Of a DNA stretch of 64,000 nucleotides, positions 49,223 to 62,000 are shown in pieces. A program made the translations under genes and the position numbers. The stretch's first letter is position 1, and the number at the start of each line of letters is the position of its first letter. Source of the stretch: a bacterium (GTDB lineage Bacteria; Patescibacteriota; UBA1384; VFKW01); NCBI GenBank assembly GCA_030647355.1, contig JAUSIS010000006.1, positions 169,506-233,505 on the forward strand. Direction: 5' to 3'. A model generated the notes under the pieces. That model saw only the letters and a list, made by a program, of their open reading frames with translations. It was not told where the DNA came from and ran no database searches.

Positions 49223-51082
49223 ATGAAAAAACCAGTCAGAAGAATATCGAAAAAACAAGCAAAAGCCAATCGCAAAGCAAGCGAAGCTGTTGTTGAAATT
49301 AAGCCAGTTGTGGTCGAAAAGCCCCAGGCCAGAAAAAACATAGAAATACCAGCCATCATTTCAGTTAAAGATTTTGCTGAAAGCATGGAATTACCAGTAA
49401 CAAAAGTTATAGCTGTACTGATGAAAAATGGCGTCATCGCTAACATCAATGAAAATATTGATTGTGAAACTGCGATGATTATTGGTGATGAATTTAATTT
49501 TGATGTAGTTGAGAAGAAAGAGCCAGACAAAACAACCAATGCACCAGAGCTGGAAGTCGAAGACGATAAGGCAAAAAGAATTTCCCGCCCGCCAGTTGTA
49601 ACTATCATGGGGCACGTTGATCATGGTAAAACAACCTTACTGGATACTATACGGAAGACCAATGTTGCCTCCGGTGAATCAGGCGGCATAACTCAACATA
49701 TTGGTGCATACCAGGTAATTGTCCCTGGAGAAAAAAAGAAAACAAGACTCATTACTTTTCTAGATACACCCGGACATGCTGCTTTTTCGGCCATGCGGGC
49801 TCACGGAGCATCTATAACAGACATAGTCGTCTTAGTCGTGGCGGCTAATGATGGAGTTAAACCGCAAACAGTTGAAGCTATAAACCATGCTAAACTAGCC
49901 GGCGTCCCGATTATTGTAGCCATAAATAAAATTGATCTGCCGGGAGCAAATTCCGAGAAAGTAAAACAGGAACTCGCTGAACGCGAACTCACTCCCGAAG
50001 ACTGGGGAGGTAAAACAATTATGGTAGAAATCTCCGCCAAAACCAACCAGAACATAGAAGAACTACTCGAAATGATCCTTTTAGTCGCCGATTTAAAAAA
50101 CCTAACTACCAATCCCGATAAGAAGGCAACGGGCGTCGTTATTGAGTCGCATATGCAAACCGGTGTCGGCCCGCTAGCAACCATTTTAATCAACGATGGC
50201 ATATTAGAACAATCAGATACTCTTGTGGTTGGGAATACCTACGGGAAAATTCGTTTTATGGAGGATTTCCGAGGTAGAAGAATTAAATCCGCTACCGCTT
50301 CAACCCCGGTTAGAGTGGCGGGATTAAACGATGTACCTGACTTTGGTGAACTGGTGATATCGGTTGAAAACGAAAAAACTGCCCGGCAAATGACGCAAGT
50401 AAAAAGCATGGTTCGCGGACCAATCGCACATGTTGAATCTGCCGATAATCCAGAAGAAGAGAAAGAAAAATCACATAATATTATTTTAAAAACTGATGTC
50501 CAGGGAAGTTTAGAGGCAATTAAAACATCAATAAACCAGATGAGTACTGCTGAGATCAAGCCTAGTATCGTCAACGAAGGAGTAGGCGATATAAGCGAGT
50601 CAGACATTAATATGGCAGAGACGACTAAGGCAGTCGTTATTGGATTTCGTGTCAGTATAAAGCCGCAAGTCCGGCAATTAGCCGAGAGAAAACAGGTAAC
50701 AATCTCCATATATGAAATAATCTACCAATTGCTGGATGACCTTAAGGTATCTATGTCCAACATGCTTGAACCTGAAAAAGTCGAGGTTAATATAGGTAAT
50801 GCAAAAATCCTTAAGATATTTCTAACCCAAAAAGGTGAACAGATAATCGGTGCGCGCGTTGAAAATGGACGCTTGGATGTCAACAATGAAATTAGGATAA
50901 TAAAAGGTGGGGAAGTTGCAGGTAATGGTAAAATTACCAGTTTGCATCGCGACCAAGATAAGGTAGAAACCATAATGGCCGGCATTGAATGTGGAATTGG
51001 GGTTAGGTCTGAACTAAGTATAGAAGAGGGAGATATTATCGAGGCTTTCCAAACCGAAGAGAGGGTAAGGACTATCGAATAA
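49223..51082 (+). CDS. infB: translation initiation factor IF-2 (short N-terminus)
   Basis: G-domain GHVDHGKTTLLD, DTPGH, NKID. Length 619 aa. Confidence 0.9.
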   Translation: MKKPVRRISKKQAKANRKASEAVVEIKPVVVEKPQARKNIEIPAIISVKDFAESMELPVTKVIAVLMKNGVIANINENIDCETAMIIGDEFNFDVVEKKEPDKTTNAPELEVEDDKAKRISRPPVVTIMGHVDHGKTTLLDTIRKTNVASGESGGITQHIGAYQVIVPGEKKKTRLITFLDTPGHAAFSAMRAHGASITDIVVLVVAANDGVKPQTVEAINHAKLAGVPIIVAINKIDLPGANSEKVKQELAERELTPEDWGGKTIMVEISAKTNQNIEELLEMILLVADLKNLTTNPDKKATGVVIESHMQTGVGPLATILINDGILEQSDTLVVGNTYGKIRFMEDFRGRRIKSATASTPVRVAGLNDVPDFGELVISVENEKTARQMTQVKSMVRGPIAHVESADNPEEEKEKSHNIILKTDVQGSLEAIKTSINQMSTAEIKPSIVNEGVGDISESDINMAETTKAVVIGFRVSIKPQVRQLAERKQVTISIYEIIYQLLDDLKVSMSNMLEPEKVEVNIGNAKILKIFLTQKGEQIIGARVENGRLDVNNEIRIIKGGEVAGNGKITSLHRDQDKVETIMAGIECGIGVRSELSIEEGDIIEAFQTEERVRTIE

Positions 51083-51089
51083 GAAAAAC

Positions 51090-51118
51090 TTGCGAACCAA
51101 CTAAAAACTTTCTATAAT
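51090..51118 (+). promoter_or_regulatory. sigma70-like promoter (TTGCGA-17-TATAAT)
   Basis: Sequence inspection upstream of cdaA. Confidence 0.5.
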
Positions 51119-51141
51119 ATAGTAAATGCGGAGGGAATAAT

Positions 51142-51975
51142 TTGAACACTATAAAAGATAACTTTATAAATATCGTTTCTATGATTGATCCTGCGGGTAA
51201 AGATAATGCTGTAACATTATTTATCTTGGATATATTATTAGTAACACTCATTTTTTACTGGATTTACCTAGTTCTACGTGAAACAAGAGGTATACGAATA
51301 GTCTATGGCATATTTATTCTACTACTACTAACTGCCACCGGACGTTTTCTAGACCTTGCTGCCCTAAATTTCTTATTAAAATATTTAAGCACTATGATCT
51401 TAGTGGCTATTCCGGTAGTACTGCAACCAGAACTTCGATCATTTCTAGAGCGGCTCGGGAGAACAAATATTGTAGCTGATATTACAAAACTCAAAAAGAA
51501 GGAAATGGGCGATCTTATAGATACGGTTGCTGATACGGTTGAAGTCCTATCTAAAAACAAAGTTGGAGCTTTAATCGTATTTGAAAGGCATACTGGTCTT
51601 AGGGAATATATAGAAAATGGAATCTTAATTAATGGTATTGTATCAACCGAACTATTATTAACGATCTTCTCTCAAAACACGGCCCTGCACGATGGTGCGG
51701 TAATAATAAATGGAAATCAAGTAGTGGCCGCATCCTGCACGCTCCCCTTGACGGATGAAAAAATGGCTTTACAGCTGGGTACCAGGCACAGAGCTGCTCT
51801 TGGACTAACTTCGATTACCGACGCACTGATCATTATCGTCTCTGAAGAAACAGGCCATATTTCTCTAGCACAAGAATCACGGTTGGAACGTCAACTTTCC
51901 CCCGACCTACTCAAGCAACGCCTGAACAATGAACTAAATCAGTTCAGGGCTTCAATTAAGGAACAAACTGTATGA
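51142..51975 (+). CDS. cdaA: diadenylate cyclase (membrane-anchored, DAC domain)
   Basis: Three N-terminal TM helices. DAC motifs GALIVFER and LHDGAVII...TRHRAA. Confidence 0.8.
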   Translation: MNTIKDNFINIVSMIDPAGKDNAVTLFILDILLVTLIFYWIYLVLRETRGIRIVYGIFILLLLTATGRFLDLAALNFLLKYLSTMILVAIPVVLQPELRSFLERLGRTNIVADITKLKKKEMGDLIDTVADTVEVLSKNKVGALIVFERHTGLREYIENGILINGIVSTELLLTIFSQNTALHDGAVIINGNQVVAASCTLPLTDEKMALQLGTRHRAALGLTSITDALIIIVSEETGHISLAQESRLERQLSPDLLKQRLNNELNQFRASIKEQTV

Positions 51976-53192
51976 GTAACTTTATTACCAACAACCTAAC
52001 AGCTAAGATTGTTGCTATATTGCTGGCAATAGTTGTTTGGGCATATGTTGCCAGCGGCGAAAGTAGAATTATCAAGGTCCCATCCATTCAGATTACAGCC
52101 AAATCAGCCGGAGCAGGATTGATCGCCAAACTGAGCACAAATGAAGTAACAATTAAAGTCTCGGCGGAAAAAGGTAAACTAAAAAATATAACCAGCGAAT
52201 CGTTTGAAGCTTATGTCGATCTAACCTCAAAAAACAAAGGAACTTACTTAGACGTACCAGTTGTTGTAACTTCAAAGGACCCAAATATCAGCATACGCAA
52301 CATTGAACCAGCATTAATTACAGTCATGCTCGATTCGGCAGTGATAAAAACAGTTCCGGTCGTTGTTAAAGTTGAAGGAAAGCCAGGCGAAGGACTGGTA
52401 CCAGACAATCCAATGATTGAACCCGATAAAGTAGAAGTTCGGGGCGCAAAAAGCGATGTAGATAAAATCCTAGAAGCAACCGCCGTAGTTGGTCTTAAGG
52501 GTGAAACCTCCGATGTTAAAAAAACAGTGGTACTGCAAGGTTTTGATGCCAAATCAGAAAGCATTAAGGAATTGGCATTCTCTCCGACCGAAGTAGTTGT
52601 CAGTATACCGATAATTAAAGCAGGAAAGAGCAAAACTGTCGGAATTAAAGTAAAAACCGACGGCTTAGTAAAATCTGGTTACTGGGCATCCCAAATTAGC
52701 GTGGAGCCAAATACAGTCAGTATAACTGGAAACTCCGACACATTAAACTCGACTAAATTTATTGAAACAGGGGTAATTAATATAGACGGTTTAAGCGCAA
52801 GCAAAGTTTTTAATACAAATCTATCACCTCCAACCGGAATAATACTGCTTGACTCTATAGATACAGTGAGGGTAAGTTTGGTAATATCAGCCGTTGATAC
52901 CACTAAAGCTATTATTGCCAGCATAAGATCAATCAACTTAGGTTCCACTCTCACCCTGGACACATCAGCTTCAGAGCCAGTCACTATGCTTGTATCGGGG
53001 CCTGCCGATAGATTAAACACTATGGGAAGTGACGATATCATAATCACTCTCGATTTGGGAAATTTTGCTAAATATATTGGAATAGCAAAAGTTGATATAT
53101 TGCGTAGTTGGATAGCTGTGCCCGAAGGTATATCTGTCGTGCAATTTAATCCTTCCGCAATATCTATCGAATTAAAAACCAAAGGTAGCTGA
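51972..53192 (+). CDS. cdaR: YbbR-domain protein, CdaA regulator
   Basis: N-terminal TM helix plus repeated YbbR-like beta domains. Translationally coupled to cdaA. Confidence 0.65.
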   Translation: MSNFITNNLTAKIVAILLAIVVWAYVASGESRIIKVPSIQITAKSAGAGLIAKLSTNEVTIKVSAEKGKLKNITSESFEAYVDLTSKNKGTYLDVPVVVTSKDPNISIRNIEPALITVMLDSAVIKTVPVVVKVEGKPGEGLVPDNPMIEPDKVEVRGAKSDVDKILEATAVVGLKGETSDVKKTVVLQGFDAKSESIKELAFSPTEVVVSIPIIKAGKSKTVGIKVKTDGLVKSGYWASQISVEPNTVSITGNSDTLNSTKFIETGVINIDGLSASKVFNTNLSPPTGIILLDSIDTVRVSLVISAVDTTKAIIASIRSINLGSTLTLDTSASEPVTMLVSGPADRLNTMGSDDIIITLDLGNFAKYIGIAKVDILRSWIAVPEGISVVQFNPSAISIELKTKGS

Positions 53193-53290
53193 TAGCCTCA
53201 ATTAATATTATAGTATTGTCAACTCTGGGACGCATAGGGGCTTGACAAGAAATTGCATCCATTGTAACCTACATTGGTACGAGGAGCGTA

Positions 53291-54358
53291 ATGATCCAAT
53301 CAGAAGGCCCGTCATTAGGCAAGAAAAAATACTTACAAAGAATAATCACAAATTTAAAAAATAAACAAAAACTAACTAACGGGTTGGTTAATATTACTTC
53401 CGAAAGTAAAATTTTTAATCTAAACTTCTTTAAAGCGTTGGAATCTCAACTAGGGCTATTAGTGATTGTTGCCTTCTCTCTTATTATGAATTTGTCAATT
53501 GCCAGTGCAAAGAATATTAACGAAACGACCAATTCTGCATCGCTTAGCGGGTTAACACCGGAAGCAATCACTGATACAATCACTACCATTAATCAATATA
53601 CCCCGGGCATTGTTGTAGATAACGAGAAAGTCCAATATGCAATGGCTATGCAAAGCGATTCGGACTTCATGATTACATCTGATGAATTTAATACACATAT
53701 AACTCCGCCGGATCCCGTCGCCCCGGAACCAATCAAACCAAGGACTGGTACGGTCAACTACACTGTCGCATCGGGTGACACAGTATCTAACATAGCCCAA
53801 AAATTTGGTTTAACTATTGCATCTATTCAATACAACAATAGCATAGCAAATTCAGATAGTCTGAAAATTGACCAAGTTCTTAAAATCCCATCAGCCAATT
53901 TATCTAAATTAGCTATCGCCAAAGCAGCTGGTTCGCTCAAACCGAATACTCTTGCATACGGCAATCGAAGTACTGTCGTTAGAGATAGTAGCAACGAAGG
54001 TGGGGGATCATTTATAGTTCCAATAGCCCATCACGGCATCTCTCGAGGACTAAGATCCTATCATTCAGGAATAGACTATATGGCCTATGTCGGAACTTCT
54101 GTGCGAGCATCTGCTGGCGGCACGGTTATCGAAGCAAGAAGTTTTGGTTGGAATTATGGCTGGGGCAAGACAATTTTAATCAGCCACGGAAACGGCATTA
54201 CCACTCGCTATGCCCACCTTTCGCAAATGAATGTAAGTGTCGGTGAACATGTTGGTCAAGGGGAAGTTATAGGCAAATCTGGTAATACTGGTAATTCCAC
54301 CGGCCCGCATCTTCATTTTCAAAAGGAAATTAACGGTCGCCCGGTTTATCCCTTTTAA
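53291..54358 (+). CDS. LysM-domain M23-family peptidoglycan metalloendopeptidase
   Basis: LysM (YTVASGDTVSNIAQKFG). M23 HSGIDY and GNTGNSTGPHLHFQ motifs. Confidence 0.75.
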   Translation: MIQSEGPSLGKKKYLQRIITNLKNKQKLTNGLVNITSESKIFNLNFFKALESQLGLLVIVAFSLIMNLSIASAKNINETTNSASLSGLTPEAITDTITTINQYTPGIVVDNEKVQYAMAMQSDSDFMITSDEFNTHITPPDPVAPEPIKPRTGTVNYTVASGDTVSNIAQKFGLTIASIQYNNSIANSDSLKIDQVLKIPSANLSKLAIAKAAGSLKPNTLAYGNRSTVVRDSSNEGGGSFIVPIAHHGISRGLRSYHSGIDYMAYVGTSVRASAGGTVIEARSFGWNYGWGKTILISHGNGITTRYAHLSQMNVSVGEHVGQGEVIGKSGNTGNSTGPHLHFQKEINGRPVYPF

Positions 54359-54386
54359 CCCACCTGGGCCGATCTCGTTTATATTT

Positions 54387-55373
54387 ATGATTATTGACGA
54401 AGTTATAATTCAGGTAGAAGCTGGTAGTGGCGGTGATGGTCATGTTTCTTTGCGTAGAGAAAAATATGTACCAAAAGGAGGGCCGGATGGCGGCGATGGC
54501 GGCAAGGGCGGAAATATTTATTTTAAACCCAATCCATCCCTAAACACACTCACTAATTATGCAGCTAAAAAATACTATAAAGCACAAGATGGTGCTCCAG
54601 GCGGTAAAGCACTGAAGACTGGCAAAAATGGTGAAGATCAGATTTTGGAAGTACCACCCGGGACTATTATTACAAATTCCGCATCCGACCAGAAAATTGC
54701 CGATATCATTAACGAAACTAATAATGTGCTAGTTGCCAAGGGGGGCAGGGGTGGCTGGGGCAATTACCATTTTCGCTCCGCAACCAACCAAACTCCACGT
54801 GAATTCAACCCTGGTCAGCCAGGAAAGAAGATGGATCTTCGGCTAGAACTGAAACTTATAGCAGACGTTGGCTTGATTGGCTTACCCAATGCTGGCAAAT
54901 CCACTCTTCTTTCGCGTATTTCCAAAGCCCGCCCAAAAGTTGCCGACTACCCTTTTACAACTATCGAACCCGTTCTTGGGGTAGCATCATACCATAGTCA
55001 AACTTTTGTTGCTGCCGATATCCCCGGTCTGATAGAAGGCGCGTCAAGAGGTAGGGGGCTCGGTCACAAATTTTTAAAACATATTGAAAGAACTAAAATT
55101 TTAGCTCATTTAATCGATATCAATGAACCTGATATACTTGCCAGCTATCAGGTAATTCGCGGTGAATTAAAAGAATACTCCCCAAGTCTCGCCCAAAAGC
55201 CGGAAATAATCGTATTAAGTAAGATGGATACCCTTTCAAATACCGATCGCCAGTCAGAACTCTCTAGAGCTAAAAAATCGCTGCCTAAGCTACCCATCCT
55301 TATGCTAAGCGCAGTCTCGGGCGAAGGAATAGACGGATTCTTAAAAATAATCTGCAATACTATTACTAAATAA
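54387..55373 (+). CDS. obg: GTPase Obg
   Basis: Obg fold Gly-rich N-terminus (GGDGGKGGNIYF) plus G-domain GLIGLPNAGKST. Confidence 0.85.
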   Translation: MIIDEVIIQVEAGSGGDGHVSLRREKYVPKGGPDGGDGGKGGNIYFKPNPSLNTLTNYAAKKYYKAQDGAPGGKALKTGKNGEDQILEVPPGTIITNSASDQKIADIINETNNVLVAKGGRGGWGNYHFRSATNQTPREFNPGQPGKKMDLRLELKLIADVGLIGLPNAGKSTLLSRISKARPKVADYPFTTIEPVLGVASYHSQTFVAADIPGLIEGASRGRGLGHKFLKHIERTKILAHLIDINEPDILASYQVIRGELKEYSPSLAQKPEIIVLSKMDTLSNTDRQSELSRAKKSLPKLPILMLSAVSGEGIDGFLKIICNTITK

Positions 55374-55410
55374 TCTCCCTGCTGCTTATTAGAATGTTTT
55401 TGGCTACACT

Positions 55411-55438
55411 ATTGACAACAATATATTTATTGATATAA
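55411..55438 (+). promoter_or_regulatory. sigma70-like promoter (TTGACA-16-TATAAT) with a ~230-nt rpoB leader
   Basis: Sequence inspection upstream of rpoB. Confidence 0.45.
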
Positions 55439-55667
55439 TTAATTCAGAGAAATAGAAAACGGAGCGAAAACTGAATTACCGTTCACATATCTTTCAAAAT
55501 AACCCATAAGAATACAATGGGCAAACCCTCTGTGACGAGGGAATTTTGTGTATTTGTGTCCAAATTTTTCTAAATAATTCCACTAGACAACCGCTATTAT
55601 TTTCAATAAGACTATCATACTAACTAGCCGAGCTCTAAGCTACGGCTAAAAACACAAGAGGAGCGAA

Positions 55668-58600
55668 ATGGAGAGAAAAAACTTTGCCAAACCCACAGTA
55701 AACATCCCACTCCCAAATCTTATCCAAATTCAAACAGAGAGTTATGATTGGCTTTTCAAAGACGGGGTACGCGAGCTGCTTGACGAAATTTCCCCTGTTG
55801 AAGATTTTAGCGGCAAAGTAATGGAGTTGGAATTCAGAGATTACAGTCTAGAACAACCAAAATACGACGAAATAACCTCTAGAAATAAAAATTTAACTTA
55901 TAAATCTCCTCTTAGATGCCGCGTGCTGCTCAAAAATAAATTTACAGGAAAGACTAAAGAAAGCGATGTATTTTTAGGCGATTTCCCTCTCATGACTACA
56001 CGAGGAACGTTCATCGTAAATGGTATTGAACGTGTAGTGGTATCTCAAATCGTTCGTTCATATGGTGTGCTGTTTGTCAGGGAAGAATCAAATGGCCGTT
56101 CGTTATTTGGCGCAAAAATTATCCCTTCCAGGGGAGCTTGGTTGGAATTTGAAACTAACAGCCGAGATGTCATTTCGGTTAAGGTTGACCGGAAAAGAAA
56201 AATTCCAGTTACCACATTTATGAAAATATTAGGAATGGATAACCCGCAAAAAATTCTCGAAACATTTAAAGATGTAGATACAAATAAAAATCATCAATAT
56301 ATCAAAACAACCTTAGACCGTGACCCCGCCGAAACATACGCCGAAGCTTTAGTCGAGGTTTATAAGAGAATTAGACCGGGAGATTTAGCTACTGCAGAAA
56401 GCGCTAAGTTGTTTCTAGACGCAATCTTTTTCAACCCAAAACGTTATGATTTGGGTAAAGTAGGACGTTATAAAATTAATCAACGCTTAAATCTAAATGT
56501 CAAAGATAAGCCGGATACAAGAATTCTGCGGCTCGACGATGTAGTAGAAGTTATAAAAGAAATTATTCGACTAAATAATGATCCGCAAGCCCAAGAAGAC
56601 GATATTGATCACTTGAAAAACCGCCGTATAAGAGCTGTCGGTGAATTAGTCCAAGGACGACTCAGGGTCGGACTGCTCCGCATGGAAAGGATTATTAAAG
56701 ACCGCATGTCCGTTCTCGACCCCGAGACCGTAACCCCGGCACAATTAATTAATTCGCGCCCTATTGCTGCTGTTATGCAGGAATTTTTCGCATCCAGCCA
56801 ACTTTGTCAATTCATGGATCAGACCAATCCGCTGGCCGAACTGGAACATAAACGTAGATTAGCAGCTACTGGTCCAGGCGGGCTCTCGCGAGAACGTGCT
56901 GGTTTTGAGGTTCGTGATGTTCATCGTAGCCACTACGGCAGAATATGCCCCATTACCACACCCGAAGGTCCAAATATTGGATTAGTAAGCCAGTTGGCAA
57001 CTTACGCCAGAATTAATGAATATGGATTCATTGAATCCCCTTACTTAAAAGTTATTAAAGGTAAGTCCGGCAAGCCAAAGGTGACTAAGGAAATTGTTTA
57101 TCTTGATGCCGCAGAAGAAGATAGATTTATTATTGCTCCCGCTTCCACACGCATAAACAATAAAGACCAGATAGTGGATGCCAAAAATATTGTTCGAGAA
57201 TCAGGCGAACCGACAATTGAAAGTAGCGACAAGATTCAATATATAGATGTATCGCCCAAACAGACGGTGAGCGTAACTGCATCATTAATTCCGTTTATTG
57301 AGCACGACGATGCAACACGCGCCTCAATGGGATCAAATATGGAAAGGCAAGCTGTACCGGTAATCAAATCACAAGCTCCAATTATTGGCACCGGCATGGA
57401 AACCGCTGTTCACGATTCAGGACAGCTAATTCTTGCCGATGAAGACGGGGAAGTTATTAACCTTGACGCAGCCAGCATTGTAGTAAAAACAAAGAAAAAT
57501 ATTCAAACATACCAATTAAGAAAATTTGTCAGATCTAATCAAGCCACATCTATCAACCAAAAACCGATAGTCAAAATTGGCGATAAAATTAAAAAAGGCC
57601 AAGTCATCGCCGACAGCTCGGCAACAGAAAATGGCGAACTGGCATTAGGGCAAAACGTTCTTTGCGCCTATATGGCATGGGGAGGCGCCAACTACGAAGA
57701 CGCTATTATTATCTCGGAGAAATTAGTCAGAGATGATCGCTACACATCCATTCACATCGAAAAGTACTCAATTGAAGTACGCGACACTAAGTTAGGTCCC
57801 GAAGAAATTACTCGTGATATTCCCAACGTCGGGGAAGAAGCACTATCAAATCTGGATGAACAAGGAATAATCCGCATTGGAGCTGAAATCTCAGCTGGCG
57901 ATTTACTCGTCGGAAAAATTACTCCAAAAGGAGAAGCGGAACTATCTGCCGAAGAAAAATTACTCAGAGCAATTTTTGGAGAAAAAGCTAAAGATGTCAA
58001 AGACACATCGCTACGCCTGCCCCATGGCGAACGCGGTAAAGTCCTGAACATTAAAATATTTGATAAAAGAGAAAAAGGCGATGAATTACCTGCCGGAGTT
58101 AATAAAATTATCGAGATCAGCATAGCTCAGCTTAGAAAAATTTCAGTTGGCGATAAACTTGCCGGTCGCCATGGTAATAAAGGAGTTATTTCTAAAATAC
58201 TACCTGAATCCGATATGCCATTCTTGGCTGATGGAACCCCCATTGATATAATCCTAAATCCATTAGGCGTCGTTTCTCGTATGAATATCGGACAACTGCT
58301 AGAAACCCACTTAGGATGGGCAGCGGCAGCGCTTGGTTATCGTATTGCCACACCCGTTTTTGAAAGCACTACTGTTGATCAAATAAAGGGAGAGCTTAAA
58401 AAAGCCGGACTACCCGAAGATGGAAAAACTCAACTCTATGATGGACGAACCGGTGAATCATTCGACCAAAAAACCACAGTTGGCATCAACTATATTCTTA
58501 AACTCATTCACTTAGTTGATGATAAGATGCATGCTCGTTCAACCGGACCATATTCTATGGTTACCCAGCAGCCACTGGGAGGTAAAGCCCAATTTGGCGG

Positions 58601-59030
58601 ACAGCGCTTTGGAGAAATGGAAGTCTGGGCGCTAGAAGGATATGGAGCTGCCCATACTCTCCAAGAAATGTTGACGATAAAATCTGACGATGTGGTAGGA
58701 AGATCAAAAGCGTATGAATCAATAATTAGAGGTGAGGAAATACAAAAACCATCAATTCCAGCCTCCTTTCACGTTTTAGTTCGCGAACTTCAGAGTCTTG
58801 GCCTTAGTGTGGATATTCTTACCGAAGAAGAAGTCGAAATTCCGGACGAGAAAGACAAAATTATTAAAGCAGCGCCGATAGCTAAAGAGCAAGAATCTGG
58901 CAATAAGGATACTATTACAGAAGAAATCGCCCAAGAGCAGCAAGAAGATTCGCTCGTCACAGAAATAATGTCAAATCAAGAGAAAGAACCGCCAGTCGCG
59001 TCCCCCGAAGAAGTCGTAGACGAAGATTAA
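55668..59030 (+). CDS. rpoB: DNA-directed RNA polymerase subunit beta
   Basis: Conserved beta regions throughout (e.g. GRHGNKGV). Length 1120 aa. Confidence 0.95.
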   Translation: MERKNFAKPTVNIPLPNLIQIQTESYDWLFKDGVRELLDEISPVEDFSGKVMELEFRDYSLEQPKYDEITSRNKNLTYKSPLRCRVLLKNKFTGKTKESDVFLGDFPLMTTRGTFIVNGIERVVVSQIVRSYGVLFVREESNGRSLFGAKIIPSRGAWLEFETNSRDVISVKVDRKRKIPVTTFMKILGMDNPQKILETFKDVDTNKNHQYIKTTLDRDPAETYAEALVEVYKRIRPGDLATAESAKLFLDAIFFNPKRYDLGKVGRYKINQRLNLNVKDKPDTRILRLDDVVEVIKEIIRLNNDPQAQEDDIDHLKNRRIRAVGELVQGRLRVGLLRMERIIKDRMSVLDPETVTPAQLINSRPIAAVMQEFFASSQLCQFMDQTNPLAELEHKRRLAATGPGGLSRERAGFEVRDVHRSHYGRICPITTPEGPNIGLVSQLATYARINEYGFIESPYLKVIKGKSGKPKVTKEIVYLDAAEEDRFIIAPASTRINNKDQIVDAKNIVRESGEPTIESSDKIQYIDVSPKQTVSVTASLIPFIEHDDATRASMGSNMERQAVPVIKSQAPIIGTGMETAVHDSGQLILADEDGEVINLDAASIVVKTKKNIQTYQLRKFVRSNQATSINQKPIVKIGDKIKKGQVIADSSATENGELALGQNVLCAYMAWGGANYEDAIIISEKLVRDDRYTSIHIEKYSIEVRDTKLGPEEITRDIPNVGEEALSNLDEQGIIRIGAEISAGDLLVGKITPKGEAELSAEEKLLRAIFGEKAKDVKDTSLRLPHGERGKVLNIKIFDKREKGDELPAGVNKIIEISIAQLRKISVGDKLAGRHGNKGVISKILPESDMPFLADGTPIDIILNPLGVVSRMNIGQLLETHLGWAAAALGYRIATPVFESTTVDQIKGELKKAGLPEDGKTQLYDGRTGESFDQKTTVGINYILKLIHLVDDKMHARSTGPYSMVTQQPLGGKAQFGGQRFGEMEVWALEGYGAAHTLQEMLTIKSDDVVGRSKAYESIIRGEEIQKPSIPASFHVLVRELQSLGLSVDILTEEEVEIPDEKDKIIKAAPIAKEQESGNKDTITEEIAQEQQEDSLVTEIMSNQEKEPPVASPEEVVDED

Positions 59031-59044
59031 GGTAAGGAGAAGTA

Positions 59045-62000
59045 ATGGAAAAAGTAAAAACAACAAAAAAAATCAAACAAGTCTCCGCTAACTTACTGAC
59101 AGGGGAAACAGCTCCCAAGATGAACGATTTTAAATCAATCAGGATATCAGTAGCCGGACCTGATAAAATAATGGAATGGTCATATGGAGAAGTAACAAAG
59201 CCGGAAACTATCAATTATCGCACACAAAAACCTGAGCGCGAAGGCTTATTTGACGAACGTATATTTGGTCCTACTAAGGACTGGGAATGTTATTGTGGTA
59301 AATATAAAAAAATTCGCTACAAAGGCGTAATTTGCGATAAGTGCGGCGTCGAAATTACCAGATCGGCTGTTCGAAGGGAAAGAATGGGCCATATAGATTT
59401 AGCCGTACCAATTGGTCATATATGGTATGTCCGCGGCGTTCCCAGTATGCTCGGGTTAACCCTGGATTTATCGCTGACTGATTTAGAAAAAGTTGTTTAT
59501 TTTGCCGGTTATATAATTCTAGGAGTGAATAAAGATGTTGCCCAGAAAGCTCTCGCTCAGCTGGAATCAGAATATCACGAAATCAAAGACCAGTACCTCA
59601 AGGGAGAAAAAACAACCCAATCGCCAGAGGTATTGGCATTAGACGCCAGCTACAAACAAAGGAAACAAGAAATAGATTCCTTACAAGTTAAAAAAGTCTT
59701 ATCTGAAGCACAATATCACGAACTATCGCTGCGTTATGGTCAAATTGCAAGAGTTGGTATTGGGGCAGAAGCAATCTATGAACTACTCAAGCAAATGAAT
59801 CTGGACCAGACGATTGAAGAGTTGAAAGAAGAAATACACCGAACTATCGGTGTTTCGAAACGTAGATTGCTCAAACGACTCAAACTACTCATAGATATGA
59901 AAAAAGCTGGTATAAACCCTGAGTGGTTAGTATTAGTACGACTGCCGGTTATACCACCCGACCTTCGCCCGATGGTTCAACTGGACGGAGGACGCTTTGC
60001 CGCATCTGACCTAAATGACCTTTATCGCCGAGTTTTAAATAGAAACAATCGTCTAAAACGACTAATTTCACAAGCTGCTCCAGAAGTAATACAGAGAAAT
60101 GAAAAGCGCATGCTCCAAGAAGCGGTAGACGCTTTGATTGATAATAGTGCCCGGCATGGTCGTGCCGCCTCCACTGGAACACAAAGACGGCTTCGTTCGT
60201 TATCAGACATGCTTCGCGGTAAACAGGGACGTTTTAGGCAGAACCTTCTCGGGAAAAGAGTGGACTATTCTGGTCGCTCGGTAATTGTTGTTGGTCCAGA
60301 GCTAAAACTGCACCAGTGCGGCTTACCAAAAGTAATGGCACTTGAGCTATTTAAACCTTTTGTTATATCCAAGCTTATTATTGAAGGATATGTCCACAAT
60401 GTAAAAAACGCAACGCGATTAATAGAACGCGGCACTCCAGAAGTGTGGGATATTCTTGAAAGAATAACCTCCGATGCCCAAGTTCTATTAAATAGAGCCC
60501 CCACTCTGCATAGATTAGGTATACAAGCTTTTCAGCCAGTTCTGATTGAAGGTAAAGCCATACAAATTCATCCATTAGTGTGTCCGGCTTTCAATGCTGA
60601 CTTCGATGGCGACCAAATGGCAGTTCATGTTCCATTATCATCTCAAGCAGTCTACGAAGCTAAACATTTAATGCAGGCATCCAAAAACATTCTTAAACCC
60701 GCGTCAGGAGAGCCTGTTGTTATGCCAAGACAAGATATGGTATTTGGCTGCTACTACCTAACCTCAGCAGGTGAAAATCTGCGTGGTGAAAACAAAATTT
60801 TTGCCAATAAAAATGAAGCGATACTGGCCCACCAACAAGGATTTCTTCATATCCGCTCAAAAATAAAAGTTAGAGTTCATGGTGAGATGATGGAAACGAC
60901 CGTAGGGCGTATATTGTTCAATAATATTCTGCCCGAACAGCTGCAATTTGTTAATGATGTTATGGACACCAAAAAACTTAAAAAAATAGTTAGCCGCTGC
61001 TTTAGAGAACTTGGCACAGAGGTTACTGCCCAATTGGTGGATAAAATAATGACTCTCGGATTTCAGTATGCAACACAATCGGGAGCTACAATATCTGTAG
61101 AAGATTTGCAAATCCCTCAAAAAAAGAACGAAATACTCAGAAAAGCAGAAACAGAACTTGATGAAATAAATAAGCGATACCGACGAGGCTTAATTACTGA
61201 TCAAGAACGAAGTATGAAAACAATTGGACTATGGAATAACGCCAAATCTTTAATAGAAAAAGAAATGCATAAAGAGATAGATAAGAATAATCCAGTTTAC
61301 ATCATGGTGTCGTCAGGAGCCCGGGGATCGTTTACCCAGCTAATTCAGCTATCCGGTATGAAAGGATTAGTAGTCAATCCGGCTGGAGAAATAATCGAAC
61401 TACCCATCAAATCTAACTTCAAAGAAGGATTGTCTGTATTCGAGTATTTCATCTCAACGCATGGTGCTCGTAAAGGAAAATCAGACACATCTCTGAAAAC
61501 CTCCGATGCCGGTTACTTGACTAGGCGCTTAATTGATGTCGCCCAAGATGTTATCGTGAGCGAATCCGATTGTGGCTCAACCGAAGGCGTTAAACTTACA
61601 GTTGAAGAAAGTGAACAAATCGGAGAAACCCTTGAGGAAAGATTAGTCGGCAGGGTTACAATAGACCCTGTCTATAAACCCAAAACAAAGCAAGTAATAG
61701 TTGCCGGCAATACCGAAATGACAGAAGATACTGCCAAACAGATCTTTGAGGCAGGTATAACGGAAGTCACGGTTCGATCGCCAATGTCGTGCATGTCAAG
61801 TTGGGGTATTTGCCAAAAATGCTACGGACGCGACCTAACAACAGGATTAACCGTGGCCCAAGGCGAAGCAGTAGGAATACTAGCCGCTCAAGCCATTGGC
61901 GAACCGGGAACGCAGCTAACCATGAGAACATTCCATCTCGGAGGAGTTACTGGGGAAGATATTACTTCTGGTTTACCGAGAGTCGAAGAATTATTCGAAG

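Noticed and set aside
49391-58123. Numerous antisense ORFs inside infB, cdaR, rpoB, rpoC (e.g. 49801-50202, 50239-50709, 52244-52633, 57752-58123, 61888-62274)
   Set aside because: Shadow ORFs opposite long, confidently identified genes. Ser/Thr/Pro-rich, stop-free by chance.
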